Positions 1 through 10,923 of a stretch of DNA of 32,000 nucleotides are shown in pieces (within the stretch, counting starts at the first letter, position 1; each line of letters starts with the position of its first letter). The stretch comes from Halorhodospira halophila SL1. GTDB taxonomy: Bacteria; Pseudomonadota; Gammaproteobacteria; Nitrococcales; Halorhodospiraceae. The notes under the pieces were generated by a model. The model saw only the letters and a program-made list of their open reading frames with translations. It searched no databases and was not told the DNA's origin. The position numbers and the translations under genes are program-made. The DNA lies in contig NC_008789.1 of assembly GCF_000015585.1 (NCBI RefSeq), forward strand, positions 750,001-782,000. The letters are read 5' to 3'.

Positions 1-168
1 GGCACGCACCGCCGGGGACGGCTTGGCGGTGCCGATATCCAGGCCGCGATAGATCTGCGCCGAGTCGACGCTGACGATCTCACCGCCCAGCCGCTCGGCC
101 AGGGACAGGGCCAGTTCGCTCTTGCCCACCGCGGTGGGCCCCATGATGCAGAGCACCGGCGCCGTCAT
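1..168 (-). CDS. miaA: tRNA dimethylallyltransferase MiaA, N-terminal part (the gene runs off the left edge of the window)
   Basis: The minus-strand translation from the ATG at 168-166 reads [56 protein letters not shown]. This carries the P-loop GPTAVGKS and the SxDSxQxYRGxDIGTAKP motif typical of MiaA. The start overlaps the mutL stop by 1 nt (TGATG), and the amiB-mutL-miaA order matches E. coli. Confidence 0.9.
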   Translation of the reverse strand, partial: MTAPVLCIMGPTAVGKSELALSLAERLGGEIVSVDSAQIYRGLDIGTAKPSPAVRA

Positions 169-2030
169 CACCGCCCCCGCATGAACAGCCGGGCCAGCGC
201 CTCGTCGTCGAGCACGGTGTAGGTCGGCCGCCCGTGGTTGCACTGCGCCGCCCGCGGGGTGCGCTCGATATCCCGCAGCAGGGCGTCCATCTCGGCGCGC
301 TCCAGACGCCGTCCGGCGCGGACCGACCCGTGGCAGGCCATCTGCGCCAGCAGCGCGTGGACCCGGTCCTCGACCCGCCCACCGGTCCCCTCGGACTCCA
401 GCGCCGCCACCGCGTCGCGGACCAGGGCCGCGGCGTCGGCCTCGGCGAGCAGCGCCGGTACTCGGTGAACACGCACCGACTCGGGGCCGGCGCGGTCCAC
501 CTCCAGACCCGCCCGGGCCAGCGTAGCCGCGTGCAGCTCCACCCGCTCGGCCTCCGCCGGGGTCACCGGCACACTCACCGGCACCAGCAACGACTGCGTG
601 GCGATCCCCGACGCCACCAGCTGCGCCTTCATCCGCTCGTAGACCACCCGCTCGTGGGCGGCGTGCATGTCCACCACCACCAGCCCCCGCTGCGACTCGG
701 CCAGAATATAGGCGTCGCGGATCTGCCCGACGGCGTAGCCGAGCTCCGGGGTCGCCTCACTCTCCCGGTCCCGGGTCTGCGACGGCCCGGGGGATCCGGC
801 AATGGCCGACGACGCCCCTTCAGCCGCGCCGCCAGGGCCCTCGGCAGCGGCGTCGGCGCCCCCATAGAGCTGCCGCGCCTCGGCCAGCGGCAGCCCCAGC
901 TCCGCCGTGCCGCCGAGCCCTTCGGAGGCCGGCCCCGTCCGCTCGGCCGCCGCCGGTTGCCCGGGGCCGGTCGGCGCGCCCGACGGCGGCCGCTCCGCCG
1001 CAGGCGGTGCCGCGGCACCGGCCGGCTCGGCGGTGGCCAGGGCGTCGGCGATGCGCCGGGCGAGGAAGTCGTGCACCGTCCGCCCGTCGCGAAAACGCAC
1101 CTCATGCTTCATGGGGTGGACGTTGACATCCACCCGAGCCGGATCCATCTCCAGAAAGAGGACGTAGGCCGGGTAGTGATCGCGGTAGAGGCAGTCGCTG
1201 TAAGCCTGGCGGATGCCGTGGGCCGCCCCCCGGTCGCGCACCAGCCGGCCGTTGACGAACAAGTACTGAAGATCCCCCTGGCGCCGCGCCGCCGTAGGCA
1301 GCCCCAGCCAGCCCCGCAGCTGCAGCCCGGCCCCCTCCAACTCCACCGCCAGGGCGTGATCGGCAAAGGCACGACCGAGCAGCTCCGCCAGACGCTCGTG
1401 CCGCTCCGTCTCGCTCTCCGCCCGGGGCACCGACCAGAGCCGCCGCCCCTGATGGACGAGCGAGAAACCGACGTCGAAGCGGCTCAGCGCCAGCCGGCGC
1501 AACGCCTCCTGGACGTGGTAGAGCTCGGTGCGCTCGGTGCGCAGGAACTTGCGACGCCCTGGCGTGTTGTAGAACAGGTCGTCGACGGTGACCGTGGTCC
1601 CCGGGGGGTGAGCCACCGGTTCCGGCGCACCCAGTGCGCCGCCGTCACAGCGCAGCTGATGGCCCAGCTCCGCCTCGGCGGTGCGCGAGGCCAGCGTCAG
1701 CCGCGAAACGGCAGCGATGCTCGGCAGGGCCTCCCCCCGGAACCCCAGACTGGCGATGCGCTCCAGCTCCTCGAGGCCGGTGAGCTTGCTGGTGGCGTGC
1801 CGGCGCAGCGCCAACTCCAGCTCCTCGGGCGGGATGCCGTCGCCGTCATCGGCGATGCGGATACGCTGCTTGCCGCCGCGCTCAATCTGCACCTCGACAC
1901 GCCCGGCGCCAGCGTCGAGGCTATTCTCCACCAGTTCCTTGACCACCGAACCGGGGCGCTCGACCACCTCGCCAGCGGCGATCTGGTCGATCAGGTTATC
2001 CGGCAGGGGACGAATACCGCGCGTCGTCAT
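168..2030 (-). CDS. mutL: DNA mismatch repair protein MutL
   Basis: This is a 620-aa ORF. The N-terminus ([34 protein letters not shown], then [15 protein letters not shown]) is the GHKL ATPase signature of MutL. An Ala/Pro/Gly-rich linker follows, then a C-terminal dimerisation domain ([20 protein letters not shown]). Confidence 0.97.
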   Translation of the reverse strand: MTTRGIRPLPDNLIDQIAAGEVVERPGSVVKELVENSLDAGAGRVEVQIERGGKQRIRIADDGDGIPPEELELALRRHATSKLTGLEELERIASLGFRGEALPSIAAVSRLTLASRTAEAELGHQLRCDGGALGAPEPVAHPPGTTVTVDDLFYNTPGRRKFLRTERTELYHVQEALRRLALSRFDVGFSLVHQGRRLWSVPRAESETERHERLAELLGRAFADHALAVELEGAGLQLRGWLGLPTAARRQGDLQYLFVNGRLVRDRGAAHGIRQAYSDCLYRDHYPAYVLFLEMDPARVDVNVHPMKHEVRFRDGRTVHDFLARRIADALATAEPAGAAAPPAAERPPSGAPTGPGQPAAAERTGPASEGLGGTAELGLPLAEARQLYGGADAAAEGPGGAAEGASSAIAGSPGPSQTRDRESEATPELGYAVGQIRDAYILAESQRGLVVVDMHAAHERVVYERMKAQLVASGIATQSLLVPVSVPVTPAEAERVELHAATLARAGLEVDRAGPESVRVHRVPALLAEADAAALVRDAVAALESEGTGGRVEDRVHALLAQMACHGSVRAGRRLERAEMDALLRDIERTPRAAQCNHGRPTYTVLDDEALARLFMRGR

Positions 2031-2039
2031 GCGCGCATT

Positions 2040-3368
2040 CTAAGGGATGATCAGGGTGCTGCCAGCACGGATGCCATCCCCGGAGAGGTCATTGACCTCG
2101 CGCAGACGCTCGGTGCTGACCTGGTACTGCTGGGCGATCACCGAGAGATTCTCGCCCCGCTGAACCTCGTGCTCGCGCTGCCCGTTCTGGCCGGCGTCGG
2201 CCATCCGCAGCTCGGGGAGGATGTTGCGCTCGGCGTACTCGCGCACACCAGCGACGATGCCCTCGGCGAGGTCGCGCTGGTAGCTGAGGGTATTGAGCCG
2301 GCGCTCCTCCTCGGGGTTGGTGAGAAAGCCCAGCTCGATCAACAGCGAGGGCATGTCCAGGGACTTGAGCACGGCAAAGCCGGCCTGATCGACGCGGTTG
2401 CGCAGCAGATCGGCGTGGCGATCGAGCTTGGGCAGGAGGTGTTCGCCCATCTCCAGGCTTGCCTCGATGGTATGCCCCCGGGAGAGGTCCACCAATACCG
2501 AGGCCACCGTGTCGTCCTTGTCCTCCAGCGACACCCCGCCGATAAAGTCGGCCGCGTTCTCCCGGCGCGCCAGCACCCGCGCCTGCTCCGAGGTGGCACC
2601 GTCCACCGACAGGGCGTAGACCGATGCGCCTTTAACATTGGGATTTTCGGCGCCATCGGCATGGATGGACAGGAAGATATCGGCATTGCCTTCGCGGGCC
2701 ACCCGGGTGCGATCGCGCAGGTTCATGTAGTAGTCACCCTCGCGCACCAACAGCGGCTTCAGCCCAGGCGCCTCGGTCATCAGGTCGTAGAGCTTGCGCG
2801 CAACACTCAACGCCACGTCTTTCTCGAAGGTCCCCTCGGGACCGATGGCGCCGGGATCGACTCCGCCGTGGCCGGCGTCGATGGCCACGATCACATCCCG
2901 CGCCTCGCGCTCAGAGGCCGAGCGCACCGCCTGACGGCGCCCCCCCTGCTGGCCGCCGAGATCCACCACCAGACGCTGACCGCCGTCCTCGCCGCCGATG
3001 ACGAAGCTGCGCGCCTCCACCTCGCGGCTGACATCGAGGACGACCCGCAGCCCGCCGTCTTCCTGCCGGCCAGTGCGGATCTCCTGGAGAACGCCGCCTC
3101 GGGGGAGGTCTGCAGCGTTGAGCTCCACCCCCTCGAAATCGATGACCACCCGGTGCGGATCCGGCAGGCTGAAGACCCGGTGCTCGGGCACCCGGTCCAG
3201 GTCGAAGACCACCCGTGTGCGGTCGTCCGCGTCGGAAAGGCGCACATCATCGAGGGACGCGGCCGACGCCACGCCGGCCACCAACAGGCCGATCAGCACC
3301 CCGATCCAAGCCAGGCCATAGCCCCACCTCAAAGATCCTCCTCCCACCGTGCGGTGGCTTCTACGCAC
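2040..3368 (-). CDS. amiB: N-acetylmuramoyl-L-alanine amidase (AMIN domain + amidase_3 + C-terminal LysM)
   Basis: The translation shows a signal/TM segment WIGVLIGLLVAGVASAA and an AMIN-like stretch (RVVFDLDRVPEHRVFSLPDPHRVVIDFEGVEL). The amidase_3 core is IVAIDAGHGGVDPGAIG, ADIFLSIHAD and PSLLIELGFLTN. The protein ends in a LysM (HEVQRGENLSVIAQQYQVSTERLREVNDL). The listed 709-aa ORF is over-extended across tsaE. The start here is the GTG at 3368. A TTG at 3332 preceded by GGAGGAGGA is an equally good alternative. The symbol comes from tsaE-amiB-mutL synteny. Confidence 0.9.
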   Translation of the reverse strand: MRRSHRTVGGGSLRWGYGLAWIGVLIGLLVAGVASAASLDDVRLSDADDRTRVVFDLDRVPEHRVFSLPDPHRVVIDFEGVELNAADLPRGGVLQEIRTGRQEDGGLRVVLDVSREVEARSFVIGGEDGGQRLVVDLGGQQGGRRQAVRSASEREARDVIVAIDAGHGGVDPGAIGPEGTFEKDVALSVARKLYDLMTEAPGLKPLLVREGDYYMNLRDRTRVAREGNADIFLSIHADGAENPNVKGASVYALSVDGATSEQARVLARRENAADFIGGVSLEDKDDTVASVLVDLSRGHTIEASLEMGEHLLPKLDRHADLLRNRVDQAGFAVLKSLDMPSLLIELGFLTNPEEERRLNTLSYQRDLAEGIVAGVREYAERNILPELRMADAGQNGQREHEVQRGENLSVIAQQYQVSTERLREVNDLSGDGIRAGSTLIIP

Positions 3369-3442
3369 CCTCAAGGCTATGTCGGGCGCACGACCCGCTG
3401 CAAGAGTTTTTGCCCACTCAACGGGGAGATAAGCAGCAAAAC

Positions 3443-3906
3443 TCAAGCAGCACCTGAACCTAGCGCCGCCAGGGCCTTTCGCCCCCGCTCGGTGCCTGCG
3501 CCCACCGCCGCGCGCCGAGCGGCACCCGCATATCCCAGGCTCACGGTCAGGTCGGCAGGAGGCAGGACACCGGTGCCGCGCTCCGGCCACTCCACCAGCG
3601 CCAGCGTCCCCGGCGCCTCGATCTCCTCGATGCCCAGGAAGTAGAGCTCCTCGGGATCGGACAGGCGGTAGAGGTCCAGGTGCAGGATCGTCCCCGCCGC
3701 CGTGGCGTAGGGCTCGAGCAGCGTATAGGTCGGGCTGCGCACCGGGCCGGCGACACCGCGGGCGCGCAACAACCCCCGGGCCAGGGTGGTCTTGCCCGCC
3801 CCCAGGTCGCCGTGCAGGTAGACCACCCCCTCCGGGAGGGCCTCGGCCAGGGCCGCCCCGAAGGCCTCGGTGGCCGCGGCGTCGGCGAGGTTCCGCTGCC
3901 ACTCGG

Positions 3907-3910
<4 letters not shown>
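3443..3910 (-). CDS. tsaE: tRNA threonylcarbamoyladenosine (t6A) biosynthesis protein TsaE (YjeE ATPase)
   Basis: This 155-aa ORF carries the Walker A motif GDLGAGKTTLARG and the SPTYTLLEPY motif characteristic of TsaE/YjeE. Its GTG start overlaps the nnr stop (GTGA). Confidence 0.93.
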
Positions 3911-5436
<1,526 letters not shown>

Positions 5437-5515
5437 CTTAAAACGCCCACCCTGAACCCCGACACCGAGCGCACCACCGCACAACCCGACCACCAGCCAC
5501 CGAAGCCTGAGTCGC

Positions 5516-6583
5516 ATGGACCCTTCCGACCTCACCCCATCCATCCGCACCTGGGCGGCCGAACTCGGCTTCTCGGCCTGCGGCATCGCCAGCACCGAGC
5601 TGCCCGGCGACGAGGCGCACCTGATCCGCTGGCTGCAGGCCGGCCACCAGGGGGCGATGGGCTTCATGGGCCGCCACGGGCGCAAGCGGGCGCGCCCCCG
5701 GCAACTCGTCCCCGGAACCCGCTCGGTGGTGGTGGTGCGCATGGACTACACCCCGGACCAGGCCGCCGACCCCCGCGCGGTCCTCGACGACCCGCAGCGC
5801 GCCTTCATCACCCGTTACAGCCTGGGCCGGGACTACCACAAGCTGGTCCGCCGCCGCCTGCAGAAGCTCGCCGAGCGCATCCAGGCCGCCATCGGCCCCT
5901 TCGGCTACCGCGCCTTCGTCGACAGCGCCCCGGTGCTCGAGCGCGCCCTGGCCCGGGACGCCGGGCTGGGCTGGATCGGCAAGAACACCATGCTGCTCAA
6001 CCGCCACGCCGGGTCCTACTTCTTCCTCGGCGAGCTGTTCACCGACCTGCCGCTGCCCACCGACACCCCGGTGCGCACCCACTGCGGCAGCTGCCGGCGT
6101 TGCCTGCACGCCTGCCCCACGGACGCCTTCGTCGGCCCCTACCAGCTCGATGCGCGCCGCTGCATCTCTTATCTCACCATCGAGCACCCGGGGCCGATCC
6201 CCGAAGCGCTGCGTCCGGCCATGGGCAACCGCATCTTCGGCTGCGACGACTGCCAACTGGTCTGCCCCTGGAACCGCTACGCCCACCCCACCGCCGAGGC
6301 CGACTTCCAGCCCCGCCACGGTCTGGACGACGCGGCACTGGTGGCGTTATTCGGCTGGGATGAGGCCACCTATCTGGAGCGCACGGCGGGCTCCGCCATC
6401 CGGCGTATCGGTCATGAACGGTGGCTGCGCAACCTGGCGGTGGCGCTGGGCAATGCCGCGTCCACGCGGGAGGTGGTCGCCGCACTCGGGGAGCGACTCG
6501 ACCACCCTTCGGCCCTGGTCCGGGAACACGTCCGCTGGGCCCTGGCACGGCACGGCGCCGCACCAGAGCGGACCGGCGACTAG
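5516..6583 (+). CDS. queG: Epoxyqueuosine reductase QueG
   Basis: This 355-aa ORF has two 4Fe-4S motifs ([16 protein letters not shown] and [14 protein letters not shown]), the CISYLTIEH motif and a C-terminal HEAT-like tail, all typical of QueG. Confidence 0.93.
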   Translation: MDPSDLTPSIRTWAAELGFSACGIASTELPGDEAHLIRWLQAGHQGAMGFMGRHGRKRARPRQLVPGTRSVVVVRMDYTPDQAADPRAVLDDPQRAFITRYSLGRDYHKLVRRRLQKLAERIQAAIGPFGYRAFVDSAPVLERALARDAGLGWIGKNTMLLNRHAGSYFFLGELFTDLPLPTDTPVRTHCGSCRRCLHACPTDAFVGPYQLDARRCISYLTIEHPGPIPEALRPAMGNRIFGCDDCQLVCPWNRYAHPTAEADFQPRHGLDDAALVALFGWDEATYLERTAGSAIRRIGHERWLRNLAVALGNAASTREVVAALGERLDHPSALVREHVRWALARHGAAPERTGD

Positions 6584-6960
6584 GCGACCTGCAGCGGGAT
6601 GCTGCCGCGCCGCTGGGTGATGCGGTTGTCCGCATCGAGGTAGGCGAGCCGCGGCTGGAATTCGCCCAGCTCCGACTCCGGGACACCGGCGTAGGCGCAG
6701 ATGATCACCCGATCGCCTTCATTGCACTTGTGCGCCGCCGCCCCGTTCATCGAGATCATGCGCGAGCCCCGCTCGCCGATGATGGCGTAGGTCACGAAGC
6801 GCTCGCCGTTCTCGATGTTGTAGACGTGGATCTGCTCGTACTCGTGGATGCCGACTGCTTCCAACAGGTCCAGATCGATGGCGCAGGAGCCCTCGTACTC
6901 GAGTTCCGTCTGCGTCACGCGGGCCTGGTGCAGCTTGCCCTTGAGCATGTTCAGTTGCAT
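6580..6960 (-). CDS. panD: Aspartate 1-decarboxylase (pyruvoyl-dependent) PanD
   Basis: This 126-aa ORF begins [33 protein letters not shown]. It contains the Gly-Ser self-processing site (YEGSCAID) and NGAAAH. An AGAGG SD lies 8 nt upstream of the ATG. Confidence 0.96.
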   Translation of the reverse strand: MQLNMLKGKLHQARVTQTELEYEGSCAIDLDLLEAVGIHEYEQIHVYNIENGERFVTYAIIGERGSRMISMNGAAAHKCNEGDRVIICAYAGVPESELGEFQPRLAYLDADNRITQRRGSIPLQVA

Positions 6961-7064
6961 GGCTCAAACCTCTATGCCGCGAAATCACATGCCGATCCGA
7001 TTATTGAAGAACCGGCCATGTGCACCTGCACAATCGGCAGCTCAGCGATTATGCACACCCTTGC

Positions 7065-7895
7065 TCAGCGCTTCAATCGCGCCTCGACATTGTCGATCAG
7101 CCGCGCGGCGCCGAGCCGCGCCGCGCCCAGGCACACTAGCCGCGGCTCGTCGCCCTGCGGTTCGGCGAGATCGTCGCAACGGCGTACCGCCACGTACTCC
7201 GCGGCGTCGAACCCGGCCGCCTCCAAGCGCCGGCAGGCCTGGGCCTCGAGCTGCGACCAATCCCGCCGCCCGGCCTCCAGCGCCGCGGCCACTTCGCAGA
7301 GGGTGGCGTAGAGCGCCGGGGCCCGCCGGCGCTGCTCGCCGTCCATGTAGCCGTTGCGCGAACTCAGCGCCAGGCCGTCGGCCTCACGCACGATGGGCAC
7401 CTCGACGATCTCCACCGACAGGTCAAGGTCGCCCACCACCCGGCGGATCACCTGCAGCTGCTGGTAATCCTTGCGCCCGAACGCCGCGACATCCGGCTCG
7501 ACGATATTGAGCAGCTTGATCACCACCACCGCCACCCCGGCGAAGTGGCCCGGCCGCGCCGCACCGCACAGGGTCTGGGTCAGCGCCGGCACGTCCACCC
7601 CGGTCCAGGGCGGCTCGACGCCGGGGTACATCTCGCGGGCGTTGGGGGCGAAGACCGCATCGACACCGCGCCCCTCCAGGGCGTTCAGATCGGCCTCCAG
7701 CGTGCGCGGATAGGCGTCGTAGTCCTCCCCCGGGCCGAACTGCAGCGGGTTGACGAAGATCGACACCACCAGCCGATCCACCCGCCGGGCCAGACGCTCG
7801 ACCAGTTCCAGGTGGCCGCGGTGGAGGTTGCCCATCGTCGGCACCAGCCCGATGCGCTCGCCGCGCGCCCGCCAGGCGCGCGACAGCTCCCGCAT
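7065..7895 (-). CDS. panC: Pantoate--beta-alanine ligase PanC
   Basis: The translation from the ATG at 7895 reads MRELSRAWRARGERIGLVPTMGNLHRGHLELV, followed by VSIFVNPLQFGP and FGRKDYQQ, which are PanC signatures. The upstream part of the listed 342-aa ORF overlaps panB and is Arg/Gly-rich noise. Confidence 0.94.
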   Translation of the reverse strand: MRELSRAWRARGERIGLVPTMGNLHRGHLELVERLARRVDRLVVSIFVNPLQFGPGEDYDAYPRTLEADLNALEGRGVDAVFAPNAREMYPGVEPPWTGVDVPALTQTLCGAARPGHFAGVAVVVIKLLNIVEPDVAAFGRKDYQQLQVIRRVVGDLDLSVEIVEVPIVREADGLALSSRNGYMDGEQRRRAPALYATLCEVAAALEAGRRDWSQLEAQACRRLEAAGFDAAEYVAVRRCDDLAEPQGDEPRLVCLGAARLGAARLIDNVEARLKR

Positions 7896-7918
7896 GGCGT
7901 TGCGCTCGGTGACCTGCC

Positions 7919-8746
7919 TCAAGCCTCGAACCCGTGCTCTGGTCCTGGGAAGGTTCCGGCCCGTACCGCCGCCACGTAGGCCTCCAGCGCCGCGTGCACA
8001 CCGCCGCCCTCGGCCCCGAAGGCCCGCGCAAAGCGCGGCGGCTGCTCGGTCACCCCGAGCACGTCGTGGAGTACCAGGATCTGTCCGTCGCAACCGCCGC
8101 CGGCGCCGATGCCCACCACCGGGACAGTCAGCCGCTCACTCAGCTGTTGCGCCAGGACGGCGGGCACGCACTCGAGGATGAGCAGATCGGCCCCGGCCGC
8201 CTCCAGCGCCAACGCGTCTGCCTCCATGCGCTCGGCGTCGGCCTGCTCGCGGCCCTGCACCCGGTAGCCGCCGATCTTGTGCACCTGCTGTGGCTTCAGC
8301 CCGAGGTGGCCGCAGACCGGGATGCCGTTCTGGGCCAGGCGCTCGACCAGCGCCGCCTGCTCGGCGCCGCCCTCGAGCTTGACCATCTGCGCCCCGCCCT
8401 CCTTCATCAACCGCCCGGCGTTGTGCAGGCCCTGCTCCACACCGGTGTGGCTCATGAACGGCAGATCAGCCACCACCAGTGCCCGGCGACAGGCCCGGGC
8501 CACGCAGCGGGTGTGGTAGACCATGTCGTCCACCGTCACCGGCAGGGTGGTCTCATGACCCTGGACCACCATACCGAGAGAGTCGCCGATGAGCAGCAGG
8601 TCGACGCCGGCGCGCTCACAGGCCGCGGCAAAGCCGTAGTCGTAGGCCGTCAGGCAGGCCAGGGGCCGGCCCTCGCGCTTCATCGCGCGCATGCGGGAGA
8701 CCGTCACGGCCCCGCCGGAGGCGTGCTTGCGATCACCGCTCGACAT
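7919..8746 (-). CDS. panB: 3-methyl-2-oxobutanoate hydroxymethyltransferase PanB
   Basis: The motifs LTAYDYGFA, LLIGDSLGMVVQGHETTLPVT, VKLEGG and GHLGLKPQ are PanB hallmarks. The ATG at 8746 has a GAGG 8 nt upstream. The listed ORF starts 9 nt further up, at a TTG (8755). Confidence 0.95.
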   Translation of the reverse strand: MSSGDRKHASGGAVTVSRMRAMKREGRPLACLTAYDYGFAAACERAGVDLLLIGDSLGMVVQGHETTLPVTVDDMVYHTRCVARACRRALVVADLPFMSHTGVEQGLHNAGRLMKEGGAQMVKLEGGAEQAALVERLAQNGIPVCGHLGLKPQQVHKIGGYRVQGREQADAERMEADALALEAAGADLLILECVPAVLAQQLSERLTVPVVGIGAGGGCDGQILVLHDVLGVTEQPPRFARAFGAEGGGVHAALEAYVAAVRAGTFPGPEHGFEA

Positions 8747-8836
8747 GGGGGTCAACCTCGGCTTGAGAAAGGTGGGACAGAGTACAGCGCCACTGGCGTC
8801 CGATTGAAGTACCCATGGCCGCGCCGCGTCCAGTCC

Positions 8837-9379
8837 TCAGGCCAGCTCCTGCACCGACACGTGCTCAAAACCGGCCACCGCCCCGATCCGTTCGAGGGTA
8901 TCAGCGGCCACCGCCGCGGCGGCATCGGCCAGGGCCCCGGCCCCGGGCAGGCGCACCCCCGGGGCGATCTCCAGCAGCGGATGGACGACGAACGGCCGCT
9001 GGCTCAGCTCCGGGTGCGGGACCTGCAGGCGCGGCTCCTCGACCTGCATCTGGCCGTAGAGCAGCAGGTCCAGATCCAGGGTCCGCGGCCCCCAGCGCAC
9101 GCCGTCGCGCCGGCGCTGGTGTTCGGCCTCGATGCCGAGCAGGGCGTCGAGCAGGGCCAACGGCCCCTGCCGGGTCTCCACCGCCGCCACCGCGTTGATG
9201 AAATCCGGCTGCGGCGGCACGCCCGGCGCCTGCAGGGCCGGGTTGCGGTAGAGGCTGGAGACGGCCCGCACCCGGCAACCGGGGAGCAGATCCAGGCGCA
9301 CCACGGCCCGCTCGATCTGCCGCCGCGGCTGATCGAGGTTGCTGCCGAGTCCCACATAGGCGGTGATCGCCGTGCTCAT
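8837..9379 (-). CDS. folK: 2-amino-4-hydroxy-6-hydroxymethyldihydropteridine diphosphokinase FolK
   Basis: The translation from the ATG at 9379 reads MSTAITAYVGLGSNLDQPRRQI, followed by FINAVAAVET, RWGPRTLDLDLLLYG and VPHPEL, which are HPPK motifs. The ATG overlaps the pcnB stop (ATGA). The pcnB-folK-panBCD order matches E. coli. Confidence 0.94.
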   Translation of the reverse strand: MSTAITAYVGLGSNLDQPRRQIERAVVRLDLLPGCRVRAVSSLYRNPALQAPGVPPQPDFINAVAAVETRQGPLALLDALLGIEAEHQRRRDGVRWGPRTLDLDLLLYGQMQVEEPRLQVPHPELSQRPFVVHPLLEIAPGVRLPGAGALADAAAAVAADTLERIGAVAGFEHVSVQELA

Positions 9380-10764
9380 TCCGCCGAGGACTCCGGGCTC
9401 GACGCCGCCGTATCGGCGCGATCGCCATCTTCGCTCCCTTTGCCACGCCCCCGACCACCGCGCCGGCGCCGGCCGCCACGGCTGCTCTTCTTCTGGGACG
9501 GCGGCCGCTCGGGCTGCTCCTGGAACTCGCGCCACCACTGCGCCAGCTCGGCGGGGGCGTCACCGGCCCCGGCGCGCAGCTCGAGGAAGTCGTAGGCGGC
9601 GCGGAAGCGCGGATGCCCGAGCAGCCGCTGCGCCCGCTTGCCCCCGCGGCGCGCGAAGCGCGGCTGCAGGGTCCAGATCTCGCGCATGGGGATACTGAAG
9701 CGCTTGGGCAGTGCGATGCGGGACTGCTGCAGGGTCTGCACCTCGGCAGCCGCCTGCTGCAGCGCCGGGATCGGCGCCTCGCCGTCCTCGACCAGCTCGG
9801 CCTCGCGCTGACGGACCGCCGGCCAGAGCAGCGCGGCGAAGAGGAAGGCCGGGGTCACCGGCTTGTCGGCGCCGATGCGCTCGTCGGTATTACGCAGCGC
9901 TGCGGCGATGAAGGGCACCCACTGCTCACTGCCCTCTTCCTCCAGCGCTTCGGCGGTCAGCGGCAGCAGCGACTCGAACAGCCCGTAGTGGCGCAGCATC
10001 TCGAAGGCGTCCAGCGCATCGCCGGACATGAACAGCTTCAGGGCCTCATCGAAGAGCCGCGCCGGGGGCATGTCGGCGACGCTGTCGGCCATATCGTGCA
10101 TCGGCGCCGCCGTCTGCGGATGGATGCGGAAGCCGAGCTTCAGGGCGAAGCGCACGGCGCGCAGCATGCGCACCGGGTCTTCCTGGTAGCGTTCGTGCGG
10201 ATCACCGATCAGACGGATGATGCCGTCCTCCAGGTCGTCCATGCCGCCGGCGTGGTCGACCACGGAGAAATCATCGATGTTGTAGTACAGAGCGTTGACG
10301 GTGAAATCGCGGCGCAGGGCGTCCTCGGCCAGCGTGCCGTAGACGTTGTCGCGGACGATGCGGCCGTTCTCGATCACCCGCTCGCCGTCGGCGTCGTCGC
10401 CCTCGCTGTCTTCCGGCGGATGCAGCGCACGGAAGGTGGCCACCTCGATGATCTCGGCCCCGAAGTGGACGTGGGCGAGGCGGAAGCGCCGGCCAATGAG
10501 CCGGCAGTTGCGAAAGAGCTTACGCACCTCCTCGGGCCGGGCATCCGTGGCCACGTCGAAGTCCTTCGGCTCCCGCCCGAGCGAGAGGTCGCGCACCCCG
10601 CCGCCCACCATGTAGGCCTGGTAGCCGGCGTTGCGCAGACGGTAGAGGACCTTCAGGGCGTTATCGCTGATGTCCGCGCGCGAGATGCTGTGAGCATCCC
10701 GGGGGATGATGGTTGGCTCGGCTTCGGCCAGCCGTTGAAGTTGGAGACCATTGTCGGACGTAAT
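9376..10764 (-). CDS. pcnB: Poly(A) polymerase I PcnB, with the start proposed at a non-canonical ATT codon
   Basis: MVGGGVRDLSLGREPKDFDVATDARPEEVRKLFRNCRLIGRRFRLAHVHFG is near-identical in pattern to E. coli PcnB. The basic C-terminal tail is also typical. Homology continues upstream of the first ATG (IIPRDAHSISRADISDNALKVLYRLRNAGYQAY), in a stretch with no in-frame ATG, GTG or TTG back to the TAA at 10800-10798. The ATT at 10764-10762 is preceded by AAGGGTGG with 6 nt spacing. A CTG at 10731-10729 is an alternative. Confidence 0.85.
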   Translation of the reverse strand: MTSDNGLQLQRLAEAEPTIIPRDAHSISRADISDNALKVLYRLRNAGYQAYMVGGGVRDLSLGREPKDFDVATDARPEEVRKLFRNCRLIGRRFRLAHVHFGAEIIEVATFRALHPPEDSEGDDADGERVIENGRIVRDNVYGTLAEDALRRDFTVNALYYNIDDFSVVDHAGGMDDLEDGIIRLIGDPHERYQEDPVRMLRAVRFALKLGFRIHPQTAAPMHDMADSVADMPPARLFDEALKLFMSGDALDAFEMLRHYGLFESLLPLTAEALEEEGSEQWVPFIAAALRNTDERIGADKPVTPAFLFAALLWPAVRQREAELVEDGEAPIPALQQAAAEVQTLQQSRIALPKRFSIPMREIWTLQPRFARRGGKRAQRLLGHPRFRAAYDFLELRAGAGDAPAELAQWWREFQEQPERPPSQKKSSRGGRRRRGGRGRGKGSEDGDRADTAASSPESSAE

Positions 10765-10776
10765 GGCTAACCACCC

Positions 10777-10804
10777 TTGTCTGAGTGACGAAGATCGTTA
10801 TAAT
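10777..10804 (+). promoter_or_regulatory. Candidate sigma70 promoter for tRNA-Glu (TTGTCT-N16-TATAAT)
   Basis: TTGTCT at 10777-10782 and a perfect TATAAT at 10799-10804 are separated by 16 nt. A GC-rich discriminator (ACCACCCTCG) follows, about 45 nt upstream of the tRNA 5' end. The call is from sequence motifs only. Confidence 0.5.
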
Positions 10805-10848
10805 ACCACCCTCGTTGCTGACGGTTGAGCCGTCCAGGACGACACAGC

Positions 10849-10923
10849 GCTCCCATCGTCTAGCGGTTAGGACGCCGCCCTCTCAAGGCGGAAACAGGGG
10901 TTCGAATCCCCTTGGGAGCGCCA
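10849..10923 (+). tRNA. tRNA-Glu, anticodon CUC, with an encoded CCA end
   Basis: The sequence is GCTCCCATCGTCTAGCGGTTAGGACGCCGCCCTCTCAAGGCGGAAACAGGGGTTCGAATCCCCTTGGGAGCGCCA. The acceptor stem GCTCCCA/TGGGAGC has 7 bp. The anticodon stem is CCGCC/GGCGG with loop C-T-CTC-A-A. The T-arm is AGGGG-TTCGAAT-CCCCT, the discriminator is G and the 3' end is CCA. The overall sequence is collinear with E. coli tRNA-Glu. Confidence 0.93.

Noticed and set aside
234-3644. A 1136-aa plus-strand ORF spanning the mutL and amiB region.
   Set aside because: It is antisense to two confidently identified genes. The translation is Arg/Pro/Gly/His/Leu-rich with no recognisable motif. This is the typical stop-codon-poor antisense frame of a genome above 70% GC.
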